NCBI GenBank assembly: GCA_024137785.1
Contig: JAHRHZ010000084.1
Coordinates: forward strand, 7,217,573-7,277,092
Length of the DNA stretch: 59,520 nucleotides
Reading direction: 5' to 3'
Source of the DNA: Ginglymostoma cirratum
Taxonomy: Eukaryota
This document shows positions 25,241 through 37,677 of this stretch, in pieces (the stretch's first letter is position 1; every line of letters starts with the position of its first letter). The position numbers and the translations under genes were made by a program. The notes beneath the pieces were generated by a model, which saw only the letters and a list, made by a program, of their open reading frames with translations, had not been told where the DNA came from and did no database searches.

Positions 25241-26273
25241 TTAGCTGCATTCATGATTGTGAAAGTTTTGATGGCATAAACTACCATAAAAGGATTGATC
25301 GCATAAACTACTGGGATAACTTGCGTCCTTGCAGAAGAGACAGTTATTAGACCGATTGCTTAAAAAAAAACTAAAGGCTTTTCAATTTCACAGTGGCAAT
25401 GAGTTCTGGCCAGGCCATCCCTGCTGAGGAACGACTCCTCGAATGATGATTTCCACCGGAATTCCTCAATGCGTTTTGTCTACTCATTCAGGTCAAATAG
25501 TTCATTGAGCAAACTGCCAGCTGCAATAAGCTTAAGGTTGGCAAAACCTGGTCTTACTTTCACAAAGATCTCTTTCTCCTTCCAGTTGGATAAATGGGCG
25601 TTGTCCAGAGTTGTTTCTCCTCCGAATTCCATCTCTAGGCATCACCAAACACAATGTTGGGATTATATCTTGTGTATTGCTTCTACGAATAGCTCCAACT
25701 GAAAACGAATTGGATTTCTTTTTCTTATCTCCACCCAAAATAACACTCAAACAGTACTCATCATCTCTGAAGTGGAGAAATGGAGATGAACATAACTATC
25801 AATCTGGCGGATCCTCCTCGAAACTCGTGTGTTCGAAGGTTGTTTAGATGGTGGTGGCATGAAAGTCAGAGCTTCCAAGATAAAAAGTTGCTTACGTGAA
25901 GAGGAATCGCTTAGACAAAGGAGCTGGTGTACTATAGCCTGAAGCGATATTTTCAGCAGTAAAAGGTAAGTGTTGACAAAGGAGATTTTTGGAACACAAT
26001 GTCTCTGTCGTGACTGAAAACAAAACAAAACCGCTGATCTTCAGATGGAAACATTTCAGCAGAGAGTTAGAAGGGGCTCTCCGACGAACGAACTCTCACA
26101 GAGTAGGACAAGCACATCGATTACGCCACATTAGTCACGTGATATCGCCTGTTATGGTTTCATGTTTAATATTTCCACCTATGAAACGCATTTGTTCCTA
26201 CGCCCCCACCCACCCACTGAGACTACTGCCCTCATTGACATCAAGCAGCCCGCTATTTTATCTCATTTGCATT

Positions 26274-26328
26274 ATGTTGGTGAGAGCAGTGGTTCCGTTC
26301 ATGGCTTTTCTGAGTTTGGCTTGGCAAG
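26274..26328 (+). CDS. SIRP-alpha-like V-C1 Ig receptor, exon 1 (signal peptide MLVRAVVPFMAFLSLAWQ)
   Basis: ATG at 26274, hydrophobic 18-aa leader, phase-1 donor CAAG|GTACTC; a 209-nt intron leads to the V exon. Confidence 0.8.
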
Positions 26329-26537
26329 GTACTCATAAACGTTACAAACTTCTCTTTTCTAATAACTTAGAATGTATTTCATATTTACAGATTCTATGCA
26401 TTGCAAAATTAGCTGCCCTGCTTTTCTAATTCGATGCACGTCATTGTTATCAATTGTTCTTGTATTTTATTCCTCCGTTGTTTTCCATGTCTGCTATCTA
26501 CAACTAGTACCATGGTTTTTACTCGTTTTTCTTTTAG

Positions 26538-26846
26538 TAGCCACGAAAGTAACTTCAAGTAAAGTAGATCAGTTTCCCAAAATCTTGAAGGCGGACAGAG
26601 GTGACAATGTTTCCATGTTCTGTACTTTTCCCATATTTGAAGATGTTCCTGAAGTATTTTGGTGGAGACGCAACGAGGAATCAATTCTGGAACCAGACAG
26701 CAGAATGCTTTTTCATGTCCAGAAAGGAAGTGGCACACTTCATGTTTTCAATGTCACTTTTCCAGACTCCGGAATGTATCATTGTAAAATAAAACATCAG
26801 CAAACGACTCTTCGAGCTGAAAGTGGATCATTGCTGACAGTGTGCG
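26538..26846 (+). CDS. Exon 2: V-set (VJ-type) Ig domain
   Basis: Polypyrimidine tract plus TAG acceptor; KVDQFP..GDNVSMFC..VFWWR..GTLHVFNVTFPDSGMYHC..ESGSLLTV has the canonical Cys, Trp, D-x-G-x-Y-x-C and a J-like G strand; phase-1 donor G|GTAAGA. Confidence 0.93.
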
Positions 26847-27046
26847 GTAAGAGACATTGCACCGGGTGCAGGCAAATTATGTGATCTAAGTTTTTTTAAT
26901 AATTAGATGAAAATCCAGTGATCGTGTATTCGCTTCTCACTGTTGGCTGGATCTCTTCCTCATTGAACTTGCTGTACAATGACCTTGATTTGCTTCACTC
27001 TTTATGTGCTATTTCTCAAGATCAATTCCACTACTGATTTTGATCA

Positions 27047-27245
27047 TGATGTGGAGGTGCCAGTGCTGGACTGACGTGCACAAGGTCAGAAATCACACGA
27101 CACCAGGTGATATTCTAACAGGTTTATTTGAAAAGACAAGCTTTTGGAGCCTCAGACTGAAGAAGGACTGAGGCTCCGAAAGCTTGTGACTTCAAATGAA
27201 CTTGTTGGACTTTCACCTGGTCTTGTGTGATTTCTGATATTGTCA
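27047..27245. mobile_element. Second Penelope-derived inverted-repeat family with a hammerhead core
   Basis: Inverted arms (tcagaaatcacacgacaccaggtga...tcacctggtcttgtgtgatttctga); core CTGAAGA-aGGA ctgaggc TCC-GAAA-GCTT at 27157-27185. Confidence 0.7.
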
Positions 27246-27379
27246 TCATGACATTCTACTGTGCTATTAATGTAATGAGTGTCTTTTTTTCCTGCAGCAA
27301 CAGTTGATATTGTGCCAAGAGAGTGAAACAGGATAATTGTTGAAATCTTGGGCGAAATTAGTTCGTAGAGTAAGATAAA

Positions 27380-27880
27380 ATAATGAACTGCAGATTCTGG
27401 AAATCTGAAACAAAGATAGAAATAGCTGGAGAAGCTCAACACATCTGGCAGTATCTGTCTGAGCTGACCTTTCGAGTCCAGCAATCCTTCTTCAGAATGG
27501 TTCTGCAGAAAGGCCACAGGACGCAAAATGTTAACTCACTTCTCCCTTCACAGATAGCCTCAAAATAAGAGGATGCAGTTTTAAGAATGAGTTGAGGAGG
27601 AGTCTCTTCGCACAAAGGGTTGTGAATCTTTGGAACTCTCTGCCCAGTGACGCAGTGGAGGCTACGGACCTCGTTGAATGTTTCAAGGCAAAGATAGATA
27701 GATTTTTGAACAGTAAAGAAGTTAAGTGTTATGATGAGCTAAGTTCACAATAAGATCAGCCATGATCTTATTCATTGGCAGGACAGGCTCCGGGGGGTCA
27801 GATGGCGTATGGTGCGAATATTTCCTATCTTTGAATTCTGTCAGATCTACTGAGTTTCTCCAGCAATTTCTATCTTTGTG
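27380..27880. mobile_element. Penelope-derived inverted repeat with a nested CR1 3' fragment (~27560-27830)
   Basis: The arm breaks at ...cacagat (27555) and resumes ..gtcagatctactgagtttctccagc (27840); the intervening sequence is the CR1 3' end (agggttgtgaatctttggaactctctgcc). Confidence 0.65.
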
Positions 27881-29649
27881 TCGTGGGGAAAATGTTCGAT
27901 TTACCTCTAACCAAAATAACCTTGCTAAGATGTGACAATGGAAATAATGTCAATAAAAAAGCAATGTATTTTGGATATTGAAAATTTGGAATGCTAACAG
28001 AAATTACTTGAAACGTGTCTGAGCACCTATACAGGTAAAACGTGCACAAGGATTAGCAACAAGAGTGGTGATTCGTCCATAAAGTTTACTCGGCCACTCA
28101 ATATAATTATAGCTGAACTGGTTGTGGTGTCAACCACAAGTTCCTGTCCACCTTGATACCCTTGGGCTTCCTCGTTAATCAAAAACACAATTCAGGTCAT
28201 AATCTTTCTTCAGAACATTTTTAATACCTCTTACATCAATTCTTTTGTACATGGTTGTATATAACACTCAATCAGCGCCTAAAATTTGCATTTATTTTAA
28301 ATTAAGGAAAATGATAATATACCACAGCCATCAATATTCAACAAACACAAAATAACTTTTCGACATCCAAATGGCCGATTAAAACATTCTGTAGCAAATA
28401 CTTCAAACTTTGAGATGGGTATCAAGGAAAATTAATACTAGGAATCAATGGAATGTAATAGAACTGGGCAAAAGGAGTTGAGAGACAGTTCAACCATAAC
28501 CAAAGTGAGTGGCGGAGTAAGTTCAAGGATGGTATTGGTTAGTGTTGTGGATGTACATTTTCCCAATACTCACATGCTTGAAAAGACATTTTTTAAAACA
28601 AACGAATCACATGATCCAGTGTGATGGCAAGTCTTGATCTTGGTGTCAATGCTTGATTCTATCCTAAAGCTTTCAGAGCACTGGAGTTACCCATTGGCTC
28701 TGATTGGCTCTCTGAAGTTCGCCAACTGGATATTTTCTGAAGCAGACAGAACAGGCAAACTGAATAAAGGACAGTACCAAGCATATCTAAAAGTGACTGT
28801 GCTCCTGCACTTGTAATTTATTATTTCAATGCAATGGGACATAACAGGAGACCAAGATGATTCTTTTTTTTCTCTACGAGAATTCTGTGACATCTGAAGC
28901 AGCTCCATGGGAAAAATAAAACTTTTCTCAGCCTTTTCTGGCAATAACAATTAGCATAAATTTGGAAGTGAATCAAATATCGAATTTAGTATTTCCCTCG
29001 TATTAAAAATTCAGGAGCAATAAATGGGTAGATAACAGAAATTAAGGTTATTGCTTGTAATAAACATCAGAACAATTATAATCCTCTAATATTTCTCCCA
29101 GATAAGCACTGAATGTAGATTGAGAGTGTATTAGTTCACTTGAGTAAATGGTTAATGTAGAATTGATATTTCAAAGAGCGTACTTTCAGGCCAAGAGGGA
29201 AATATGAATAGGGAACATAAATGACACAGCCATAATCTTATTGACGGTTGGATCAGACTCAAAGGGTCGAATTGCCTACTCTTTGGATGCCCTACTTCAG
29301 ATTCTTATGCATATGAAACCTCCAGGCAGAATCTGTTCCAGAAAAAAAAAAGTTCAATGAAGTGATTTTTCTTAGAGAAGGGTAAATGCCTGGGGTTACG
29401 TTACACCTGCACTTTATTACAGAATTTCTCCGCAGGTTCATCATTGTTGTGCATAGTTTGCAAAGCATTCCAACATTTTGCCATGAATTTCTTTAAAAAT
29501 ATAAACAAAGACCACGTTTAAAATACAATAACAACGAAAACTGTTGTCACATTAGGAATGGTACAGCATTAGTGTGGAAGGGGATGCATTGAAAAGCGTG
29601 AAAGAAGAGAGTGTAAGTTTTTTTTTAAATGTTTTACTTTATGTTATAG

Positions 29650-29946
29650 TTCCTCCGATCCTCCTGAAAATCATTCCCGTGGAAAGGATTTCAGGGAATA
29701 ATTTGACATTCAAGTGCAAAACGACTGCCTTTTACCCGGAGGATTTAGGAATCTCCTGGTTAAGAGATGGTGTCAAAATTCAGGCCGGAATAGAAACTGT
29801 GAAAAACAAGACCGTGGATGGTCTTTATGAAGTTACTAGTTCGTTGGAAGATGAACAGCCTGTGCAGGGCAGTGTAGTTTATACCTGCCTGGTATCTCAT
29901 GCCTGTCTTAAGGTGCCCGCCAGCGTCAGCTACATCTTCAATCGAG
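29650..29946 (+). CDS. Exon 3: C1-set Ig domain
   Basis: TATAG acceptor; LTFKCKTTAFYPEDLGISWLRDG..DGLYEVTSSL..YTCLVSH has the C1 hallmarks FYP, W and YxCxVxH; phase 1/1; donor G|GTAAGA. Confidence 0.95.
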
Positions 29947-30282
29947 GTAAGATTGAAAATGTTCCCTGAGGGAGTTTGGTATGTGAAGAAGGGTAAAATC
30001 CTAGATGTGTATTCTTCAGGCATTGAGCTAACTCTAATTCTAGAATATCGTGTAAATGTGAATGGAGTTCATTCTCAATGTCTCAGAAATTGAAACGAAG
30101 TAAAATATTCTTAGATGTCTTGCAGATGTAGGAGGCCGACTAGTTCGCTGTAATGACCTGAAACGGAAAGTTGATGTGAAAACTACTCAAAAGTTGAAAA
30201 CTCGACAGTTTTATTTTGCTAAATGAAATGAATGTAGCGCTAAAATTGATCCTTTTCACTCGAGTAACTTATGCAACTTGCA

Positions 30283-30530
30283 AAAAATGAAAGAACTGCG
30301 GATGCTGTAAATCAGGAAACAAAACAGAAATTGCTGGAGAAAACTCAACTGGTCCGGCAGCATCTGAGAAGGAAAAAACAGAGTTACCGTTTCGGGTCCA
30401 TTGACCCTTCCTCAGAACTTCCCACAGTTCTGAGGAAGGGTCACCAGACCCGAAACGTTAATTCTGTTTTGTTTTTCCTTCACAGATGCTACCAGATCTG
30501 CCGAGCTATTCCAGCCATTTCTGTTTTGTT
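30283..30530. mobile_element. Penelope-derived palindromic element with back-to-back hammerhead cores (intron 3)
   Basis: Inverted arms around a tcccac spacer; minus core at 30385-30415 and plus core CTGAGGA-aGGGTC acca GACCC-GAAA-CGTTA at 30430-30460. Confidence 0.8.
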
Positions 30531-31547
30531 GTGCAACTTGTCCATGTGTATCGTTTATACCACTCAGCTGATCTCTGCCAACAGCATCTTCAGTTGCCTG
30601 TAACCTACACTTGGAAAATACTAGCCTCCCGTTGTGTCTTTCCTTCTTTAAGGTGTCTCTTGAACCTTATTTCTCTCTGTCTTAAGATTACTTTGTGTAG
30701 AGTGGATAATGCTGTTTGAAGTGCCACAGAATTTTTAACTCGGTTAAAGGCCAGTTTGGTTGCAAGTTGTGCTTGTTATATATATTAAGAGTTGCAGGAG
30801 GTGGTTTCTGGGAAGACCGGAGAAATGTGTCATAAAGCATCCAAAATCCTTACAGATCTTGACAGTGTAAATGAGGAAAGTGTATTTCCGTTGGCGGCTG
30901 GTCTAAAACCAGAGAACACGGTTTCAAAACAAGGGGCGGGTCATTTAGGACTGAGGGGAAGAGGAATGTATTCATCCAGAATCTTTGGAATTCCCCACAC
31001 AGAATGCAGGGGAAATTCAGTCACTAAGAGTATGAAATATTGAGATCGACAGAGTTCCAAATGTTAAACGAAATGTAGACAGTGCGAGAAAATAGCGCTG
31101 ATGAAAAACACTCATAATCTAATTGAAAGACGGAGTGTGATCCACAGCCTCACTGCCTATTCCTGCTCCTGTTGTTTACCTTCCTTTGTAACCGTCGTTA
31201 GGGGATGTAAACTTTGCCCGATATTGCAGCTGTTGTGCATCAGTCTGGTTTAAGACAATGAGTAAACAAGTGCAAATTCCTTTACTCATAGCAAACAACG
31301 CTTCTACACAGAGAGAACTTTCCCACGCCCTTTAAGTCATCAAATGCGTTTTCTCAATCCAATGCATTATTGAGCTGAAGTTAATGTCTTCTGGTGCACG
31401 TTAAGGATCTTGTACAGGTGTCTCTTCTGAAATTAAATTGGTCCAACTTTTCCATCAGTGGGTTTATCCTGGGTGATGCCTTTGCAATTTATCATCGTGT
31501 GCTTTATGTTCTCCGCATGTAACTCACTGTGTTCCAAACTTGTTCAG

Positions 31548-31676
31548 TTCCATCAGGTGTTGATCCTGTAGGCGAAAGTATCACTGTTCCGATGATCATT
31601 GGTTGTGCAGGAGGAGCATTGGCAATGTTACTAATCATGATCATCTTCATGATACTCAAAGTGAAAGCATCGGCTG
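31548..31676 (+). CDS. Exon 4: stalk and transmembrane helix
   Basis: TTCAG acceptor (an alternative in-phase CAG ends at 31556); VPMIIGCAGGALAMLLIMIIFMIL followed by a KVK stop-transfer; no charged TM residue; phase-1 donor G|GTAAGA. Confidence 0.9.
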
Positions 31677-32277
31677 GTAAGAACCTTTCATATTTCGTTG
31701 TGTACTTTTTATTTCCTTAGACCCAGTGTAAAAAGCATTAAGAGCAGGAGAGGAATCAAGGACTGTGGCTTTAAATTGTGTAGTTGGACATGAAATGTAA
31801 ACATTTAACCTTCTTATTCGAACTGGACACTCGGTTTGTTCACCACCACGTTGCTCCGGTCGAAATTACAAGTGTTCTGTATTATTGATTAGTGCGGATC
31901 CAGGTCCTAAAGAAGAAACCTTTTTTTTTAGAAGCTAGATGTTGGCATTTGGCATTAATGTGGGTGTATTCGAACGGACAACTAGATATGCACATCCTCA
32001 GATTTTATTTCCATTGTAATTTGTGGTATATATGTGCCACGGACTTGCATTTTGCACTGTCACATAGAAACTAACTCTGCTTCATTGGGTGCTTTGCAAC
32101 TTGAGCAGTGAACAGGCAAAACACAAAGTACTACACTCAGTGCAGCTGAATACCTTCAAACTGTGGTTTTCTGTACTATGCATATAAATTAAATGTTTCG
32201 AACAGCGAAGGCATGACATTGGATTTGGTGATACTTTGATTCTATCATTAACAGTGCATTACTTTGCTTTGTATTAG

Positions 32278-32321
32278 GCAACAAGAGAAATTCGATGGAA
32301 GTGGGTCAAAATGACGAACCG
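32278..32321 (+). CDS. Exon 5: short cytoplasmic exon (GNKRNSMEVGQNDEP)
   Basis: ctttgtattAG acceptor and CCG|GTAGGG donor; phase 1 to 0 bridges the TM exon to exon 6 exactly. Confidence 0.75.
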
Positions 32322-33264
32322 GTAGGGTGACAATATTCTTTCAATTCCAAACAAAAATCGTAAAGGATGTGGGCACATAGAATGGATAGCAGTAAATTTT
32401 ACATTCGGTTGAAATTACTTAAATTTCATAGAACATATAATTCTATAGCCCAGGATGAAAAGCTCACACCTCTGCCACCTTTAAGAGGTAGTAAGTCGAT
32501 TTGTTCCACGCTCGTGTTTTACCTGTACATCTCATTTTTCACGCCAATCCAATCCTCTTTTTGAAATTTCCTATCGAACCTCTTCCTGTCACTGTCTCAG
32601 TTGATGGGCAGCTCACTGCAACTGTCTGCAGAGAGAAACAAACAAAACTCTCCACATATTATTTACTAATAATACCGACTGTGTGTCACCTGGATCTGAA
32701 TCAACTAATCTATGAAAATAATGTCTCCTCATATACTTCATCACAGACTCTCAACTTAAACACTTACGTTAAACCTTCCCTTAAATGTACTTGATCTAAG
32801 TAAAATAATTATTTCCAGTCTCCGGAATATCATTGAAATCTCTGAAAGCTGGGACCTTTCCAGGAAATATCTGTTACATCCTTTCAAAGAACTAGACATC
32901 CTCCTGACGTGGTGCCTGGAGTGGGGCACAATATCTCAGGTCTTTTATGTGCTGTATTCCTTTGTTAGCAGTTCTGGGAGCAGAGAGTATGAGTGGGGTG
33001 GGTTAAAATCGAAATAGCGGCTGTGGAAGTGTTGGGAGATAGTTTTGCCAAGAATATAATTGTTGCACGCCATTTAGAGGACGTACGTTTCCAGAAATGT
33101 ATTGAGAACAGCCTAAGGCTTTGCTACCAGATCTCGTAATAGATTACGCTAACTATGGAATAAGAAAACTTCCATCACTACAACAGTGTCAAAAAGAGCT
33201 AGACATAAATGAGAAAATACTAAATGCCTGCTGTCCATCAGCAAGATGTTAAAATGTAGTTCAT

Positions 33265-33600
33265 TTTATTTTATTCATTTACAGGATGAGGGCATTGCTG
33301 GGTAGGCAGCATTTATTGCCCATCGCTAATTGCCCTTAAGAATCAACCACAGTGTTGTGGGTCTGGATTCACTTGTAGGCCAGACCAGGTGACAATGGCA
33401 GTTTGCTTCCCTAAAGGACATTAGTGAACCAGATGGGTTTTTGTTCTGACAACGGATTCACGTGAAATTCTTAATTCTAGATATTTATTGAATGCAAATT
33501 CCACCCTCTGCTGTGGTGGGATCTGAACCCAGATCCCCAAAACATGATCTAGGTCTCTAGATTAACAGCCCAGCAATAATGCCACTAGGCCATTGCTCCT
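33265..33600 (-). mobile_element. tRNA-derived shark SINE (intron 5)
   Basis: Colinear with 20075-20417. Confidence 0.8.
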
Positions 33601-33809
33601 CCGCCCTGCGTTTCATATTTAAGACATAACTCCTGACTACAATGGTGAGATATTAGGTGCAAATCACTGAGCGTTGACAGGGTGCCATTGCGACATTGTT
33701 TCATTGACTCCTGCCTGAATATTAACTGTCTCGCATTCAGTTACAGTTGGTCGTGGCTGGCTGCATAATTAAGCTTTCTGCTATCAATATTTCTTATCTT
33801 ATATTCTAG

Positions 33810-33920
33810 CTTAGACAAGAACCAACTGAAGAAAATTTCGCCTATGCTCCTGTAAACTTAAAAGCCAAAAAGGATTCTGCTAAACACAGGCACAAGGAAG
33901 AACATGCTGTCTATTCCCAG
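33810..33920 (+). CDS. Exon 6: cytoplasmic, motifs FAYAPV and AVYSQ(I/V)
   Basis: ttctAG acceptor; LRQEPTEENFAYAPVNLKAKKDSAKHRHKEEHAVYSQ; donor CAG|GTAAAA, where read-through gives VK* with the stop at 33927-33929. Confidence 0.85.
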
Positions 33921-34574
33921 GTAAAATGAAATAGTTGTCAAATATGCAACATCCATGTCACTCTCATACGAGGGCAATATAGTGAAGATGGAGTCCATTT
34001 TTTTAAAAAAAGACATTGTAAAATAGAAAGGGAAAGGGGTGTTCTAATCTTGACTCGATGAAAGAGAATATGTGGCAGTTATCCAGATGCCACCGTTGAT
34101 AATATGAGGACATCGGTTCAAATCTCACCTCGGGCAGCTAATAGAACTAAATTGAGTCGATGAATCTGGACTGTCAGGTTAATTTCAATAAATGTTGATC
34201 ATGCGAATTGTAATTAATTGTTATCAAAAAAAAACTTCCCTGTTTCACTTGTGCAGAGGATTGGCGAGACAAATTCTGGAGCATTATGCACAATACTGGT
34301 CACCTTTCTCATGGAAAGGTATTAATACATTGAATGTGACTCAGAGAAGGTTTACTGGACTAATACCTGAAATGAGCATATTCCCTTATGTGACGTTATG
34401 ACGATAAGACACGGTCTTCAGGGAAGGAAGCTTGCCATCCTTACCTGGCCCATGTTTCATGTAAATCCACAATCACGGCGATGTGGTTGATTCTCAACTG
34501 CTGTCTGCGCAATTAGGAATGTGCAATGAACATTGGCCTAGCCATTGATGCTCACATACTGTGAATGAATTAAC

Positions 34575-36110
34575 AGAAAAAGAAGTAAGCCATTTCGACC
34601 AGGGAATCTGCTTCACCATCCAATGAGGTCAAGCTCGATCTGACAAACTTCCATTTTCCTTCCTCTTCCCTGTAACATTTTATTCCTTTCCTCATTAAAA
34701 ATCTGTTTTAGCTTTGAACATTCTTAATAGCCCAACCTAGGCAGCTTTTGTGGAACATAATTTCACATATTCACTGCCCTCCAAGAGAAAAAATTCCTTC
34801 TCATCTCAATTTTAAATATGCAACCACTTATTCTGGGATTATGCCCTCTGGCCCAGGACTCTGATATGGGGAAACAAACACTCCTCATCGATCCAGTTAA
34901 GTCCCCTAAGAATCTTTTTTATGTTTCAATCAGGTGTCATTCTTCTAAATTCCAATGAATACAGGCCCAGCCTACTCAACCTCTCTTCCTTCTTACCTTC
35001 TTTACCAATGAATTTCTCTGGACATTCTGCAATCCCAGTATATCTTTTCTGATATCGGGGAAGAAAACAGTTCGCAGTGTTTCATATATAGCCTAACACG
35101 AGACTTGCACGGTTTTGGCAAATATCCCTTTTTTAATATTCCATTCTCATTGAAAGCAAGGCCAGTATTCCATTTGCCTTCTCGGTTACCTGCTGTAATT
35201 AGGTGCTAGCTGTTTGTGATTCATGCATGAGGACTCCAAAATCCCTCTGCTACGTAGATTTCTGCTGTCTTTCTGCACTTAAATAATACTCAGCTCTTCT
35301 ATTCCTTTTCTCAAAGTGCTTAACCTCACATTTCCCCACATTATACTCCATGTGCCAAATCCTTGCCCATCCTCGTAACTGGGCTACATCCCTTTAAAGA
35401 TTTTTCTGTCACCCTCACCACTCATCATCCTACCTACTTTAATTTTAACCAAATACTTGGGACACTGCATGTGAATTTTCCACATTCAAGTCTTCAATAT
35501 TTATATTTGGCAAATTTGTGGTCCTACCACTAATTCCTATGGCATTCCATGAGATCTAGATTTCCATTCTGAAAATTCCCTCCGTTCCCTCATCCAAAAC
35601 TCGTAGTATTCTATTACCTCACCAGTTGTCTGTCCATTTAATGTACTACTCCCACAACCACAGTTTTTTTTAATCTTATTAAGTGACCTAGTATGTGGTT
35701 CCTCTGCAAATGTTTTCTGAAAATACAGATATATTATATATACCGTTTCTCATTTATCTGCCTTCCTCTGACCTCCTGAAAGAATTTCTGGAAGATTGCT
35801 ACTGCTGCATCCACTACACGAGCTACTTCTCTAGATATCCTTGGATACATCCCATCAGATCCAGGGGACTTATTTGTCTTATGCCCCACTAGTTTCCCAG
35901 ATGTTTCTTCTCCAGTGATAGCGATTGTGTTTAATTCCTCTCCCCCATTTGCCCTTGAATATTTAATAATTTGAAATTCTGTTAGTGTTTTCTACTGTCA
36001 CAATTGATGTAAAGTATTCATTCAAGTCTTCTACCATTCCCTGGTTCCCCATTGTTCATTTTCACGCCTCCTTCTCTTTTGGGGCCTTTGTTCATTTTGA
36101 CTTCTCTCTT
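34575..36110 (-). mobile_element. Decayed CR1 LINE (intron 6)
   Basis: CR1 3' end and RT remnants, similar to 43335-44340 (gagaaaaaattccttctcatctc, ttccattctcattgaaagcaaggccagtattccatttgcc). Confidence 0.65.
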
Positions 36111-36134
36111 CCGTTTTAAAAACTATACAATAAC

Positions 36135-36560
36135 TAACAGGTATGTATCCTCTGGAGTTTAAAAGGTTAGAGGTGACTTAATTGAGACATATGAGTTCCT
36201 GACAGACCAGGTGCATGTGAAAGGTTCTTTCTTTTTGTGTAAGAATCTAAAATTAGAGGACATAGTTTCAAAATAAGGCATTGTCTATTAAGGTAGTGCT
36301 GAGGACATTTTTTTTCTCTCTCTCATAGGGTTGTATGTCGTTAAAATTCCCTTCCTCCAACAGCAGTATATGCAGAATCTTTAAATGTGTTTTAAGGCAG
36401 TGGTAGATAAATTCTCCATTACAAAGTGGTTACTGTATTATGGGCGGATTTAGGAATGTAGAGTTGAACTTAAAATCAGGTCAGCAAGGAGCTTATTCAA
36501 TGATGGTGCAGACTTGAAGTGCCGAGTGTCTTGATCTTGCTCCTTGTTTGCATGTTGGTA
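36135..36560 (+). mobile_element. CR1 LINE 3' fragment
   Basis: ctctggagtttaaaaggttagaggtgacttaattgagacatat (SLE..RLRGDLIETY) plus a CR1 3' UTR. Confidence 0.7.
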
Positions 36561-37677
36561 ATGTCCTTTTGGGAAGAAAATCTGCTGCTCTTACCTGGCC
36601 TGGCCGACGTGTGCCACTCGACTCTCAGCCTTGTGATTGATGTTTAGCGATGATTAATATTTGATATAGCCAAACAAGACACTCTGTACAAGACAGTTAG
36701 TAACGGGCAGCAGCTGCTGATATTGTCACTGCCTTCTTTATGCCATGAAAACAAAAGGCAAAATCATGCCACTGTTCAGGAATCGATATCTCTTCTTCTG
36801 ATTTGTTCGGAAATAGAAATCAGGGGAAATATCAAACGGGCAGCGGGCTCTTACCATCAGTTTTAGACTGGAATTCCAACAAAACTATCCGTATTTCATT
36901 TTATGGATTAGCACTAAGAATGATGGTCCCTATATAAACACAACTATATAAACTCAACTGGGAAGTGTGGCAAATATCAATTTTACAGAAAATGTACGGC
37001 ACCAAGAACAATCTGCTTTACACCTATTCTGCTGAATCCAGCAGCAGAACAAATAACAAACCAGACAGGCAAAGCAGATTACTATCTATAGCCAAGCACA
37101 GCTATATCTTCAACGTTGTTTGGTACTACACTAAAACGCAGGGAATTGAAAGATCTGAGGTTTAACCTATTAACTGTACTGGGCGACCATCTCAGCCAAG
37201 GCTGACCATATTCACCCTGGGTCCAAGAGTTCTGAAAATCAGCAGTGGTGGGGTAAAGGAGGTTGAAATGTGTGACTTAAGGCCTCTCCCTGGGATAAGC
37301 AGATCTAAACGACTGTCAGGGGTCAGAAATTGAGCCTTGAAAGGGATGTTTCACAATATCAGAAATCAAAACACATCTAACACGCCTTCATTTGATTCCT
37401 TTGCTATTTTAATTGAAGTAATAACCTGCATTTTAAAATGCACAATGCTGATATTCTAACCTATTTCACAAGAAGTTTAAAGCAGAATACAATTTTTAGG
37501 CAGGCCTGTAGAGTGCCGAGAAATCACAGATAGAAGACGGTACTAAACTCGGTCACAATGTGAAGTTGGTAACTGATGACAGGAAATTTCACCAAAGCCT
37601 ATTTAATAAAATATTGACTACGTCTAGCAATGACTTGATGATGGCCTAATGGGTGATGTTAAATTTTACATTCACAG

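Noticed and set aside
25450-25971. Several 70-90 aa ORFs and a strong donor AAG|GTAAGT upstream of the leader exon
   Set aside because: No recognisable protein. It could be a 5' UTR exon, but that cannot be supported without transcripts.
31501-31531. CACTGTG heptamer with a nonamer-like gctttatgt just upstream of the TM exon (possible RSS)
   Set aside because: The spacer is 15 nt rather than 12 or 23, the nonamer is poor and the location is wrong. No RSS follows the V exon, whose J-like strand is germline-joined.
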